From the IMG/VR virus record IMGVR_UViG_3300008108_007904: 64,000 nucleotides of DNA; one strand, given 5' to 3'. This DNA is from a virus. The notes below the pieces were generated by a model that was not told the origin of the DNA, did no database searches, and worked only from the letters and a program-made list of their open reading frames with translations. Of the stretch, positions 1-9,631 are shown in pieces (within the stretch, counting starts at the first letter, position 1; every line of letters begins with the position of its first letter). Made by a program: the position numbers and the translations under genes.

Positions 1-2711
1 GGTGCTTTAAGAATATTCGGGGCTTTTAGTATTTCTTTCGCTTCTGCAACGTATTGCTGTACATTAGCTGCAGGTAAACCACGAAGTGCAAGATTGTTTT
101 GATATGTTCCATTATTTGTACCTCTTATATACATACCCTGACCGATATTATCAGGTGCACCATCGGGAAATGTCATACCTGCCTGCGCTGCCGCAAAATT
201 GTCCGACGTCACAACGCCGCCGGGGTCACAACTTATAACCTCAATACTTGCAGCATCAAAGGTAAACGTAGCGTTGGTGATAGCGAAGGGAAGCCCGTTT
301 ACAAGACCTGCAGCTGAGCCTGTTGCCGTTATCTTACTTGTTATTTTACACCCTACATCGAGTTCACCAATCGGGGTGAGCTTTGGCAACCAGCCTGCAA
401 ATCTATTCATATCGGTATACCCCATATAGGCATTTTCACCGCCGCTACCAGGAACTAATTCACCTGTAGTATCGTTAATAGCATGAGACTTATCACACGT
501 AAGCATTGTACCGCCAATAATACCTTTGCGACCACCCCCGCTAAGATTCATAGCATCACCTGTTTGCTTTTGTGTCACCATAGTGAGTGATTGCAATCCA
601 CAATCTCCTTCAACATAAAGACCACCGCGTATAATAACATTACCGTTAATACCGAGACCGCTATCTATAATAACCTGCTCACCGTTGCGTTGTCTGATGC
701 TAACGACATCGCCAACAATCGAAGTACGCTTACCGCCGTCGATATTAACTTCATTAGCACTACCGATGTTAACTTGCTCACCAGCAATATTTGCCATAGC
801 ACCTGATATATTAATTACGCCGTATGACTTAAGGTTGACGCCACCTGCACCAACGAGAATACTATATCTATTGCATACGTTAAGTGTATATGTACCACCA
901 GGTAAATCATCTACTTGTACTTGTTCTATCAAGGGTGTAGGTGTATTAACAACAATAGTACTATAATCCGTAGGCAACACGTACCCTGGTTCCATTTTAC
1001 CTTGCGGGTCAACACGTACAGCACCGAAGTCATTCATCACCATGCCGATTGTTTCAACTTTATGTTTTGTAATCTCAACAATCTCGCTGCCACCCATACC
1101 CATTTGTGCTTCAAGCTTAGCAAGCTCAGGCATCACAGCAGCTATCTGTGTTGGTAAAAGCAACTTTTGTGGTTCAGGCAGCCATACACCACCAAAAGAA
1201 CTCTGACTAAACCCAGCTATTGAAGTTATTGAACCACCGCCTAGTACATTATTGCATGACGGGCATTTTATGCCACCTATTTCGCCAGGAGGCTGAGCAA
1301 GTACATTACCGAACATATCAGTATACGTACCATTATTTGACATTAAGTAACTGCTACCAGCAGGACCTACGGCAGGGCGACCATCTTGATATGTTACTTG
1401 ATATCCAATACCTTCATCAGATATTGTATATGATGCAGTGCAATCACCGTCTTCAGGTGTTGATGTCGCGGGTTTCGTAGTTTTTTTAAATCCCGGTGGA
1501 TCGAAACTATTATTGACAGAGAAGTCAAGACGTATATCAGCCGAACACACAGGACATAAAGCCGGAGAACCTGATTGTGTTTGGCCTGTACCATTAAGCT
1601 TAATAAATGATCCTGCAGCACCTAACTCTCCCTGTACACCAAAAGTTCTCTGTGTATCAAACAGTTGTTTTATATCAGCTATAGGAGCCCATAATTCTTT
1701 CCATTTTTCATATAGGCTTGCCTCGAGATTACCTACCTTTCTATAATGATCGCCGCGTATGACATTATCATAATCACGTTGCGTAAATTCATTACGCATA
1801 CCTCTCACTGTTAAAAATGAATCGTTGAGAACAAGCTTCTGATCATTATTAGTGGCTAACTCTATATTAGCCATGTTATTAAACTCTTTAAAAGACCCAG
1901 AGAAATGCGTTAGCTTAAGCATCTCCCTGTTATCAGTGTTAACGAATGCTAATGTACCGCCTTTTTGATTTATTATGTATTTGTTACGATAAGTATCAGT
2001 GTTTATGTCTTTACCGCCAATAGTGTTTTCGTATTTGCCAGGGTAATCCATACCTGGAGATGCACTCGTCGAATCAAAAATACTACACCATTCATGGCTA
2101 CCAAATGAAGATGCAAAAATAACTGGCTTAAGAGGATCACCACCATTAAAAAACACCCAGACATGCGCACCTACATTAAGTACCGGGAAAGCACCTTTAG
2201 CACTATTACTATAACACTCTGGAACATAGTTGTAGCTTAATTTATTAACGTAGTTAATATTAGTAGCAGCAGGGTCGTTAAAGGCATCACATAACCTATA
2301 ATTCATCATGTCAAAAACATTACCTGGTTTTTCACCAACATTATCGATGTTTTGATTACCTGCTCCTATATCAGAGGAATACGCTTTAGTATAATCTATA
2401 TTACTACTATCGCTCGTGGTTGCGTAATTAGATTGTGCGTTATACCGCCCGCTACTTGATTCACCTGCAAGCGGTGTTGCTACTTCCGCCCATGGTAGTA
2501 TTTCTTTTAGATCAGTAATAATTTGCGTGAGATCGCTTTCAATATTTGATCCCATAAATCGAAAGCGTTTGTCTTTTTTGTCTTCAACCCACGATTTATA
2601 AACTGTAGGTGAAATATGTGGTACAAAAATTTTAACTCTACCTCTATGCAACGGGTCGTTATTTTGGACGACTATGCCAAGATAATTGCCATGATATTTC
2701 GGATACTCCAT
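1..2711 (-). CDS. gp5: Baseplate hub/spike protein, gp5/VgrG-like (3'-partial, >900 aa; missed by the ORF track)
   Basis: Partly translated by hand from ATG at 2711: MEYPKYHGNYLGIVVQNNDPLHRGRVKIFVP...LPWAEVATP...VGAHVWVFFNGGDPLKPVIF, which are gp5 OB-fold motifs. The same frame is open at 1200-1620 and at the left window edge. Confidence 0.85.
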   Translation of the reverse strand, partial: MEYPKYHGNYLGIVVQNNDPLHRGRVKIFVPHISPTVYKSWVEDKKDKRFRFMGSNIESDLTQIITDLKEILPWAEVATPLAGESSSGRYNAQSNYATTSDSSNIDYTKAYSSDIGAGNQNIDNVGEKPGNVFDMMNYRLCDAFNDPAATNINYVNKLSYNYVPECYSNSAKGAFPVLNVGAHVWVFFNGGDPLKPVIFASSFGSHEWCSIFDSTSASPGMDYPGKYENTIGGKDINTDTYRNKYIINQKGGTLAFVNTDNREMLKLTHFSGSFKEFNNMANIELATNNDQKLVLNDSFLTVRGMRNEFTQRDYDNVIRGDHYRKVGNLEASLYEKWKELWAPIADIKQLFDTQRTFGVQGELGAAGSFIKLNGTGQTQSGSPALCPVCSADIRLDFSVNNSFDPPGFKKTTKPATSTPEDGDCTASYTISDEGIGYQVTYQDGRPAVGPAGSSYLMSNNGTYTDMFGNVLAQPPGEIGGIKCPSCNNVLGGGSITSIAGFSQSSFGGVWLPEPQKLLLPTQIAAVMPELAKLEAQMGMGGSEIVEITKHKVETIGMVMNDFGAVRVDPQGKMEPGYVLPTDYSTIVVNTPTPLIEQVQVDDLPGGTYTLNVCNRYSILVGAGGVNLKSYGVINISGAMANIAGEQVNIGSANEVNIDGGKRTSIVGDVVSIRQRNGEQVIIDSGLGINGNVIIRGGLYVEGDCGLQSLTMVTQKQTGDAMNLSGGGRKGIIGGTMLTCDKSHAINDTTGELVPGSGGENAYMGYTDMNRFAGWLPKLTPIGELDVGCKITSKITATGSAAGLVNGLPFAITNATFTFDAASIEVISCDPGGVVTSDNFAAAQAGMTFPDGAPDNIGQGMYIRGTNNGTYQNNLALRGLPAANVQQYVAEAKEILKAPNILKA

Positions 2712-2713
2712 AG

Positions 2714-2741
2714 TTGATTCAATATTATTTACGTCTATACT
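2714..2741 (+). promoter_or_regulatory. sigma70-like early promoter of the dpdA-like operon
   Basis: TTGATT-N16-TATACT, then 6 nt to ATG at 2748. Confidence 0.7.
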
Positions 2742-2747
2742 CGTGAT

Positions 2748-3566
2748 ATGCTAATGAAAGTTTCACATGAATCTCCTATCTCCATACTCAAAGAATCACA
2801 GACATATAATGATTTCGATTATGCGTTAGTACATTTATTCGAAAAATTTCCTGAATATAGACATTATTTTAAAGCAGCGCGCGAGCATTATAACCGCGAA
2901 GTATTGCTTGATAATTCTATCTTCGAACTCGGTACGGCATTTGATAAAGATCTTTTCTATAAAGAAGTGATGTGGTTACAGCCAAACATGTTTATTATAC
3001 CTGATGTTCTCGAAGATACAAACGGTACAATACATAGCTTTATTGAGTGGCAAAAAAACGGGATGATTAATAATATTAAAAACAGTTTTAATACAAAAAC
3101 AATTGGTGCTATTCAGGGCAAGACATGGAGCGATATCAAGACGTGTTACAAATTTATGTCTGACAGTGCAGATATGATTGCTATTAGCTTTGATTTTAGC
3201 TACTACCATATTACAGGTGAAGGCAATAATCAACTTGAGCGCTTCTGTTCTGGTCGCCAGCGCTTAATTAGACAACTTATTGACGATGGTGTCTGGAATT
3301 GGAATAAACCGCATCACTTACTTGGATGTTCTCTTGCTAAAGAGTTTAGATATTATGTTGATAATAATATTCATAATATCGTAAGCTGCGATACAAGTAA
3401 TCCTGTTGTTGCAGCAATTCGTGGGTTGAAGTATGATGCTGATTACGGTCTGGCTACTAAGCCGCATACAAAACTGGCAGACCTTATCGAATATGAATTT
3501 AATGAAGATGGTCTTGCATTACTTGAATATAATACTAATATGTTTAAGAGAATTATACGCCGATGA
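2748..3566 (+). CDS. dpdA: TGT-fold guanine transglycosylase-like protein (divergent DpdA family)
   Basis: TIM-barrel TGT-like motifs LLDNS, IIPDV, AIQG, HHLLG, SCDTS. First gene of an operon ending in queF. Confidence 0.7.
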   Translation: MLMKVSHESPISILKESQTYNDFDYALVHLFEKFPEYRHYFKAAREHYNREVLLDNSIFELGTAFDKDLFYKEVMWLQPNMFIIPDVLEDTNGTIHSFIEWQKNGMINNIKNSFNTKTIGAIQGKTWSDIKTCYKFMSDSADMIAISFDFSYYHITGEGNNQLERFCSGRQRLIRQLIDDGVWNWNKPHHLLGCSLAKEFRYYVDNNIHNIVSCDTSNPVVAAIRGLKYDADYGLATKPHTKLADLIEYEFNEDGLALLEYNTNMFKRIIRR

Positions 3567-4108
3567 AACGAGATTGGATAACATTTTTTTCACAAACTGG
3601 TTCCGAGATTACAAATATATCCGCATTTTATAAAACAGTACCTAAGTGTATAGCGCATAATAAAAAACACTTTGAACGTGTTAATCCATGGATAAAGCAG
3701 CAAATGGGTAAACAGACAACGCGATTTGTTCAGCTTCCACCCAAGCCAACAGTTGACGATTACCTCGCAGTTCTTAAAGAATACAAAAATCCTTTAATCA
3801 CCTTACATGGTTATTTACGTATTATCCCAAAAGAGATATGTGAGAAATATGAGATATACAACTTACATCCAGGTCTTATTACAAAGTACCCTGACTTAAA
3901 AGGTAAGGATCCACAAGATCGTGCGTTTCAAAAGCAGTACGAGACCGCGGGATGTGTTATTCATAGAGTTATTCCTGAAGTTGACAGCGGGGAGATAATG
4001 CTCGAACATGAAATTAATATCAGGTATAAAGACCTTGATAGGGTGTATGCTGAGCTACATGCTCTCGCATCAGCAATGTGGATAAAATTTTTTAAACAAT
4101 ATGTGTGA
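3563..4108 (+). CDS. PurN-like formyltransferase (DpdN-like, putative preQ1 formyltransferase)
   Basis: NLHPG...GCVIHRV...VDSGEI formyltransferase signature. ATGA overlap with the dpdA-like gene. Confidence 0.8.
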   Translation: MKRDWITFFSQTGSEITNISAFYKTVPKCIAHNKKHFERVNPWIKQQMGKQTTRFVQLPPKPTVDDYLAVLKEYKNPLITLHGYLRIIPKEICEKYEIYNLHPGLITKYPDLKGKDPQDRAFQKQYETAGCVIHRVIPEVDSGEIMLEHEINIRYKDLDRVYAELHALASAMWIKFFKQYV

Positions 4109-4448
4109 CGACGAAGTTATTAATATAATAGAAACAAAGTATCCTGAAACATGTCAGGAGTTTAAACGTATACAAAAGTATCAGTATCTTACATTCTGTA
4201 AAAAACAACTTGATTATGGCCCTGGTAATATTTCACTTGGTAGCACGCTTGAGACTTTCGAAGAAAGAAAAGCATCCATATCTGCTATTGTCGTCCGGTT
4301 AAATGATAAGCTTCAACGTCTTATTAATATTGTATTGCGCAGAGGATTGAGTGAGACAGCCAACGAATCCGTTCTTGATACTTTTCTCGATACATCTGTA
4401 TATTGTATTATTGCTGAAATTGTCAATAATAAAAAGTGGGCAAAATAG
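4101..4448 (+). CDS. Nucleotide-modification-associated MazG-like protein (DUF1599/Nmad1-like)
   Basis: KKQLDYG...VRLNDKLQRL...ESVLDTFLD..VY pattern. Confidence 0.7.
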   Translation: MCDDEVINIIETKYPETCQEFKRIQKYQYLTFCKKQLDYGPGNISLGSTLETFEERKASISAIVVRLNDKLQRLINIVLRRGLSETANESVLDTFLDTSVYCIIAEIVNNKKWAK

Positions 4449-4450
4449 GT

Positions 4451-4478
4451 TTGACATTCCTATTCTTTCATATACTAT
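4451..4478 (+). promoter_or_regulatory. sigma70-like early promoter
   Basis: TTGACA-N16-TACTAT, then 6 nt to ATG at 4485. Confidence 0.75.
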
Positions 4479-4484
4479 CGTTGT

Positions 4485-5039
4485 ATGATTATATCGTTTA
4501 CAGGGGCGCAGAGTACTGGTAAAACTACTTTACTTACAAAGTGTAAAGAATTATATCCTGATTATGAATTTGTAGATGAGGTCACAAGGCTCGTAAAGCG
4601 GGAATATAATGTTGATATTAACGAAGGTGGTACTGATATAACGCAGTTGTTGATTATTAATCAACATATTCAGAATGCATTTAGACATATACCAGAAAAC
4701 AAGAAAGGTGTTATTATGGATAGATGTATCGTCGATGGGTTAGTTTATACAACGTATCTCGCTGTTGAAGATAAGGTTTCACGGTGGGTTGCTGAATATG
4801 CACGTAATGTATTCAATTTACTCATAAACCGTGTTGATAAGATATTCTATACATGGCCTGGTGATGTACCTTTAGTTGATGATGGTGAGCGTAGTGCAAA
4901 TAACGAATTTCGTGATAAAATTATTACAACATTTGATCTTCTTTTTGAGACTTACAAGGATACTATGAAAGATAAGTTAATTATCTTAAAGGGTACAGTT
5001 GATGAGAGATTAAATTTAATTAAAGAAACTTTATGCTAA
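4485..5039 (+). CDS. P-loop nucleotide kinase (AAA_28/thymidylate kinase-like)
   Basis: GAQSTGKTT Walker A, IMDRCIVDGLVY, DDGER motifs. Confidence 0.8.
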   Translation: MIISFTGAQSTGKTTLLTKCKELYPDYEFVDEVTRLVKREYNVDINEGGTDITQLLIINQHIQNAFRHIPENKKGVIMDRCIVDGLVYTTYLAVEDKVSRWVAEYARNVFNLLINRVDKIFYTWPGDVPLVDDGERSANNEFRDKIITTFDLLFETYKDTMKDKLIILKGTVDERLNLIKETLC

Positions 5040-5935
5040 CAGAACTAGACAACACAAACATATCAGTACACTTAGGTAAGAGTAGTGAATATAAATCCAC
5101 ATATGATCCTTCTCTTCTCGTAAGAGAGCCACGCCAATCAAATCGTAAGCATCTCAATATCGATGATGATAATCTCCCTTTTACGGGATATGATATCTGG
5201 AACGCATATGAGTTTTCATGCTTATGCGAGAACGGTACGCCTCTTACAGGTATTGCAAAAGTGGTATATCCTGCTTCAAATAAATATATTGTTGAGTCGA
5301 AGTCTATTAAACTATATTTTAATTCTTTTAATATGCAAAAATATTCCGGTAATATTGATGATATTATGCTTACTGTTACCGGTATTGTAGAAAACGATCT
5401 CTCGACGTTACTTGAGACTGAAGTACAGGCCCATATCTTTCTCTGTAAGGATGTTGATGCCGCAAATACACCATTTGGTCAAGATTATCTCACGATCGAG
5501 AATACCGTCGATACATCTATGCTCAAGTGTTCTGTATATAAAGAGTCACCCTGGATTCTCAAGGGTACTAAAACAGAAGCAATTTATGAAGTAAAGTATC
5601 ACTCTAGTCTTCTTAAGAGTAACTGCAGAGTCACATCACAACCCGATTGGGGCGACGTATATATCTACTATAAAGGTGAGTATGATATCTGTAAAGAGTC
5701 ATTATTGAAGTATATTGTTTCGTTTAGAGATGAATGCCATTTTCATGAAGAGATTTGTGAGACAATTTATAAAAGAATTTGGGATCTCTTCTCACCACTT
5801 GAGCTGTGTGTAACATGCTTATATGTCAGAAGAGGTGGTATTGATATTAACCCCACACGTGCAAGTCATCCAGGGTTGATAGATAAAGTGCTGATTGATT
5901 CATCGGCTCAATTTACTAAGACACTCAGGCAATAG
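5033..5935 (+). CDS. queF: NADPH-dependent 7-cyano-7-deazaguanine reductase, bimodular QueF
   Basis: LGK..Y...YDPSLL, DIWNAYE, VESKSIKLYFNS, LLKSNCRVTSQPDWG, FHEEICE, RRGGIDINP. Confidence 0.95.
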   Translation: MLTELDNTNISVHLGKSSEYKSTYDPSLLVREPRQSNRKHLNIDDDNLPFTGYDIWNAYEFSCLCENGTPLTGIAKVVYPASNKYIVESKSIKLYFNSFNMQKYSGNIDDIMLTVTGIVENDLSTLLETEVQAHIFLCKDVDAANTPFGQDYLTIENTVDTSMLKCSVYKESPWILKGTKTEAIYEVKYHSSLLKSNCRVTSQPDWGDVYIYYKGEYDICKESLLKYIVSFRDECHFHEEICETIYKRIWDLFSPLELCVTCLYVRRGGIDINPTRASHPGLIDKVLIDSSAQFTKTLRQ

Positions 5936-5951
5936 TAAGCTTTTAAAAAGC

Positions 5952-5991
5952 AAAAAAAAAAGAGAAGCATTTCTGCTTCTCTTTTTTTTTT
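5952..5991. terminator. Bidirectional intrinsic terminator between convergent queF and gp23
   Basis: A-tract, AGAGAAGCA-tttc-TGCTTCTCT, T-tract. Confidence 0.9.
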
Positions 5992-6005
5992 GAACTGCGT
6001 AATTC

Positions 6006-7490
6006 TTAGAAGTACACGGAAGTTCTTCCTGGCTCGAAGGCGACTCCAAGGCCCTGAAGAATAATGACGTGGTAATAAAGATTTGCACCGAAGATGTTAT
6101 CAACGACGCCGTAGCGGGTTAATAAACCGACTCTTGGTGAGAAATCGTTAGGACCGATGGTTCTCTGCACCATTACAGGGATGTAAGGGCAGTAGATGAT
6201 ACCAGTGTCATAGAATTCAGGTCCTTTGTAACCGAGAAGAGCATATTCAAGGCGAGCAGCGCGGGTTGATGCAGCAGCACCGTTACCTGCGTAATTACCA
6301 CCTCTAGAAGCTTCAAATTGAGCTTCAGTGCGTGTATCACGGTATACATTAAAGCGACCAGCGAGTGAACCAACTTTCGCAACACCAACAGGCTGTGTAT
6401 TAACATTGCCTTGAACCGGTACCCACTGGAACTCTGGTAACATTTCAAGGATTGCGCACACACGTGGTGTGGCAACGATGAAGTTAGCGGAGCCGCGGCG
6501 GTTACGGACGGCAATGCGGTTAGCCTCGATGATGAGTCTCTGATAGAAGTCGCGGTTGCGCTCAACGAGCCAGCGGCCGTCTGCTGAAGCAGGTGACCAA
6601 ACGGAGAACCCAGTACCGAAACCGGCATTGAGAGCTGTTTGAATCATTCTGATGATCATTTCACGGTCGATTTCGGCCTGTAACTCATACGACATAGCGT
6701 TTGTGAGTTCAGTATCGATATCGATACCATTCATGTTCTTAAGATCCTGCTCGAGCTCAACTGACCAACGAGCTGCGAGACGACGGGTTCCTGCTTCAAC
6801 TGCTGTCTTCTCGAAAGAAACAACGATCTGTGGGATCTGACTTGTTAATTCGAAGTTAGCGAGAAGTTGAGCAACACCTTGATCGGATGCGATCATCGCG
6901 AAATCACTGTTACCAGACAACGCCGCAGCGGATGTGCCAGTAAAGCGAGTATCGAGATACTGATAGCCTAACTCAGCCCCATCGGACTGACGTTGAGGAC
7001 CACCAGCATATGCACCGTTGGCGAGTGAGCCATCAAGACCCTTGCCATTCGTTGCACCAAGTGCTGAACCTTCGTACTTATAACGGAGAGCGAAAGCAAG
7101 TCCGACAGGACCACTCATTGGTTGAACGCCGACGATTTCGTTGGTGATCAACTCAGGGAATGTACGTCTAATCATCGGGATGAGGATCTTAGGAAGACGG
7201 GAATCACCTTGCGCGTAAGCACTGTCGTTCTGTGATGGGAACTGATTGCCGTAGCCACCATTATTAATGGTTGAGCCAAAGACACCAGTAGAACCACCAG
7301 CAGTGTTCGAGGCTTCAAAGCACCACTTCTCTTGGTTTTCCAAAAGGATAGCGGTGTTTAAGCGTGTATGATCATCTTCAATCGCTTGAACGTTATTGGA
7401 GGTGTAATCCAATACTGGAGCCCACTTCTCAATAAGGAGTTTAGCGCGATTTTCATCGATGTAAGACTGTGAAGGACGTATGTTTGACAT
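6006..7490 (-). CDS. gp23: Major capsid protein
   Basis: EKWAPVLD, TAILLENQ, GVQPMSGPVGLAFALR, EIDREMI, YCPYIP, TRYG. ATG at 7490 preferred; an alternative GTG lies at 7505. Confidence 0.97.
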   Translation of the reverse strand: MSNIRPSQSYIDENRAKLLIEKWAPVLDYTSNNVQAIEDDHTRLNTAILLENQEKWCFEASNTAGGSTGVFGSTINNGGYGNQFPSQNDSAYAQGDSRLPKILIPMIRRTFPELITNEIVGVQPMSGPVGLAFALRYKYEGSALGATNGKGLDGSLANGAYAGGPQRQSDGAELGYQYLDTRFTGTSAAALSGNSDFAMIASDQGVAQLLANFELTSQIPQIVVSFEKTAVEAGTRRLAARWSVELEQDLKNMNGIDIDTELTNAMSYELQAEIDREMIIRMIQTALNAGFGTGFSVWSPASADGRWLVERNRDFYQRLIIEANRIAVRNRRGSANFIVATPRVCAILEMLPEFQWVPVQGNVNTQPVGVAKVGSLAGRFNVYRDTRTEAQFEASRGGNYAGNGAAASTRAARLEYALLGYKGPEFYDTGIIYCPYIPVMVQRTIGPNDFSPRVGLLTRYGVVDNIFGANLYYHVIILQGLGVAFEPGRTSVYF

Positions 7491-7599
7491 ATTATTTTGT
7501 TTCACTTTCTATTTCATGTGACTATGTCTAATATCAGACTCGTATCTCTTTACAGAGATATATAGACATTTCTATTCAGGTATTAACCTCATCAAAAAA

Positions 7600-8478
7600 T
7601 TAATATTTCTTGAGTTCTGAAAGGTAGAGGTTAAAAGATGGATCTGCCTCGTCTTGCTCGGCAACTGATTCCTCAATTACCGGTCTATCGACTTTTGTTG
7701 CGATAGTCTCAGTAATTGCCTCTTCTTTCAATGTTTTGAGACGTGCTTCTTCAGATTTATTGAATAAGCTCAATGTATAGTCGAAATTTTCAACAATAAA
7801 TTTAGCTGACTTACCTGAAAGCATTTTCTTCATATATGCTCTTTCAGCGTCATCGAGAGAAGATACTTTCTTCTCGAGTACTAATTGTGACTCGGTAAGA
7901 GAGAGCTTGCTCTTTAATTCATTAACCTGCTTATTAGCAGTCTCAAGCTGCGTTGCAGCTTCATCTAATCTTGATCTACCATCAACGATGGCTTCTTTTA
8001 TGCTTTCTTTTGCAAGTGCCATATCAACAGAGAGCATGTTGCGTATTTCATTTAATGTAGCAACGGCTCTTTTATTATTAACTGCTTCTTGGACCTCAGC
8101 AAGAGGAAGTTTTTCTTCAAGATAAAGTTCTAAATAATTACTCACTTGATCAACGAGTGAGGATTTAAAATCTGCAGCTTCTTTGACGAGTGCTGCTTCA
8201 TATTTTTCGACAATTTTTTTAAGCTTCTCAGCACGATCGGTATCGATTGCTTCAACAACCATTTTTAATTTAGCGGTGTGATCTGCGTCAATGGCTTTAA
8301 TAAGACTATCAAGCTTTGATGCATAATCTTCATCTTGCTCATTAAGAGCTTTTTCAACATGAATAGCAACTTTATTTTCAACTGCAGTATTAAACGCTGT
8401 TTCAATATCTTTTAAGACATCCTCTGTGAGAATATCTTTTGCTGCTTCTTTGAGAACTTGTGTTATGTCTTTATCCAT
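7600..8478 (-). CDS. gp22: Prohead core scaffolding protein
   Basis: Acidic coiled-coil with LVDQVSNYLELYLEE, directly upstream of gp23. Confidence 0.85.
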   Translation of the reverse strand: MDKDITQVLKEAAKDILTEDVLKDIETAFNTAVENKVAIHVEKALNEQDEDYASKLDSLIKAIDADHTAKLKMVVEAIDTDRAEKLKKIVEKYEAALVKEAADFKSSLVDQVSNYLELYLEEKLPLAEVQEAVNNKRAVATLNEIRNMLSVDMALAKESIKEAIVDGRSRLDEAATQLETANKQVNELKSKLSLTESQLVLEKKVSSLDDAERAYMKKMLSGKSAKFIVENFDYTLSLFNKSEEARLKTLKEEAITETIATKVDRPVIEESVAEQDEADPSFNLYLSELKKY

Positions 8479-8481
8479 AAA

Positions 8482-9627
8482 TTATTTTTTATTGTCGGCT
8501 GCCTTACCAATTACTTTTTTAATCTTTTCATTGACGAGGCTGCCTAAATATTTATTAGCCTCGGAGTAGTTTTTTTGTAAAATAGCTTTTAAAAAGTTTT
8601 TTGTTTCAGTACTTTCTTTTCTCATTGCACTAAAGTCTGCACCAGTTATTTTATCATATGGTGGTGCTGCTTTAGCAATTATTTGTTGCTTTTTAGTTAA
8701 AACTCTCTCTTCATTTTCTTCACTACCAAAAAATTCTTTTAATGACATGCCGTTAATAGAGCCATCAGGTGCAACTTCTGCGTAACGTGTTGAATATTTA
8801 TTCGGGCGTTTGCTCATATAGACTGTTGGTCCGCCTTCTTCATCTGCGTACTGATGCGATACTTTATTAATGTGATATCTTTTACGTGCAAGAGCGCTAA
8901 CGACTTCGTCTTGAATAGGTGTTAATTGCCCTGGTGTCTCTTCATCTTCGCCACCAAGAACACCAGTCGTTACATCCCCTGCAAGATCCGCTGCAGCTTT
9001 TACAGGGCCACCAACTACAGGTACCATACCTGCAACATTACCAACTGTCTTAACTGCTGTACTTGCTGCTTTGCCAACTGCTGGCAATATTCCTTCTTTT
9101 ATGTTTTGTTTCTTAGATACGCGCATATCTTTATTATTATTTATACCCGTGGTGTTACTTTTTTTACCTTCAAGACCTAAAAATTTACTCATCTTACCTG
9201 CAGTATATTCACCCATTTTACCAAGCGCAGCACCTGCACCTGGTACACCTGAACGTGCACCGATAGCTTGTCCGGTCATGTTTGCTACTGCCTTGTACCC
9301 TTTTACAGCTTTTTTCTTTAAGCTACCCTCTTCATTTTCTGAAGTCGTGAGCGCTTGAAGTTGTTTTTGAAGCAATCCAATTGTTTGTACGAGCTTTTGT
9401 TGATCACCTTGACCAGATTGTGCAGCTTTTTGTTTTGCAGAAGCAATTTTGTTTGTAATGTCGTTAATTTGTTTTGTTAAGAGCGCTGTTGACTTAGCAA
9501 TGGCTTGTGTTTTCGATCCCGGTGTGTTCATTCCTGTTGTACCTGTACCGGTTGTACCTGTTGTACGCTGTACACCACCGAGACCTAAATTAGGTAATAA
9601 ACTCAACTCATTAATAGGCTTCTTCAT
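8482..9627 (-). CDS. Putative prohead core/internal protein (mosaic, low complexity)
   Basis: Lies between gp21 and gp22. G/A/T-rich segments separated by acidic ENEE/EDEE motifs, with a helical C-terminus. Confidence 0.55.
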   Translation of the reverse strand: MKKPINELSLLPNLGLGGVQRTTGTTGTGTTGMNTPGSKTQAIAKSTALLTKQINDITNKIASAKQKAAQSGQGDQQKLVQTIGLLQKQLQALTTSENEEGSLKKKAVKGYKAVANMTGQAIGARSGVPGAGAALGKMGEYTAGKMSKFLGLEGKKSNTTGINNNKDMRVSKKQNIKEGILPAVGKAASTAVKTVGNVAGMVPVVGGPVKAAADLAGDVTTGVLGGEDEETPGQLTPIQDEVVSALARKRYHINKVSHQYADEEGGPTVYMSKRPNKYSTRYAEVAPDGSINGMSLKEFFGSEENEERVLTKKQQIIAKAAPPYDKITGADFSAMRKESTETKNFLKAILQKNYSEANKYLGSLVNEKIKKVIGKAADNKK

Positions 9628-9631
9628 GTTA

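Noticed and set aside
99-1746. Cluster of short ORFs in the track
   Set aside because: They are shadows of the long minus-strand gp5-like frame, which the track missed because it runs off the window edge.
3563-4108. purN as a purine-synthesis auxiliary metabolic gene
   Set aside because: It is coupled to the dpdA-like gene and lies in the queF operon with no other pur genes, so a base-modification role fits better.
5033-5935. que genes as a tRNA queuosine supply for the host
   Set aside because: No queA, queG/H or canonical zinc-binding Tgt is seen, and the context favours DNA modification. Not formally excluded.
6173-6840. Alternative-frame and antisense ORFs within gp23 (also within uvsX and gp32)
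   Set aside because: They are expected by-products of biased codon usage in highly expressed genes and show no motifs or expression signals.
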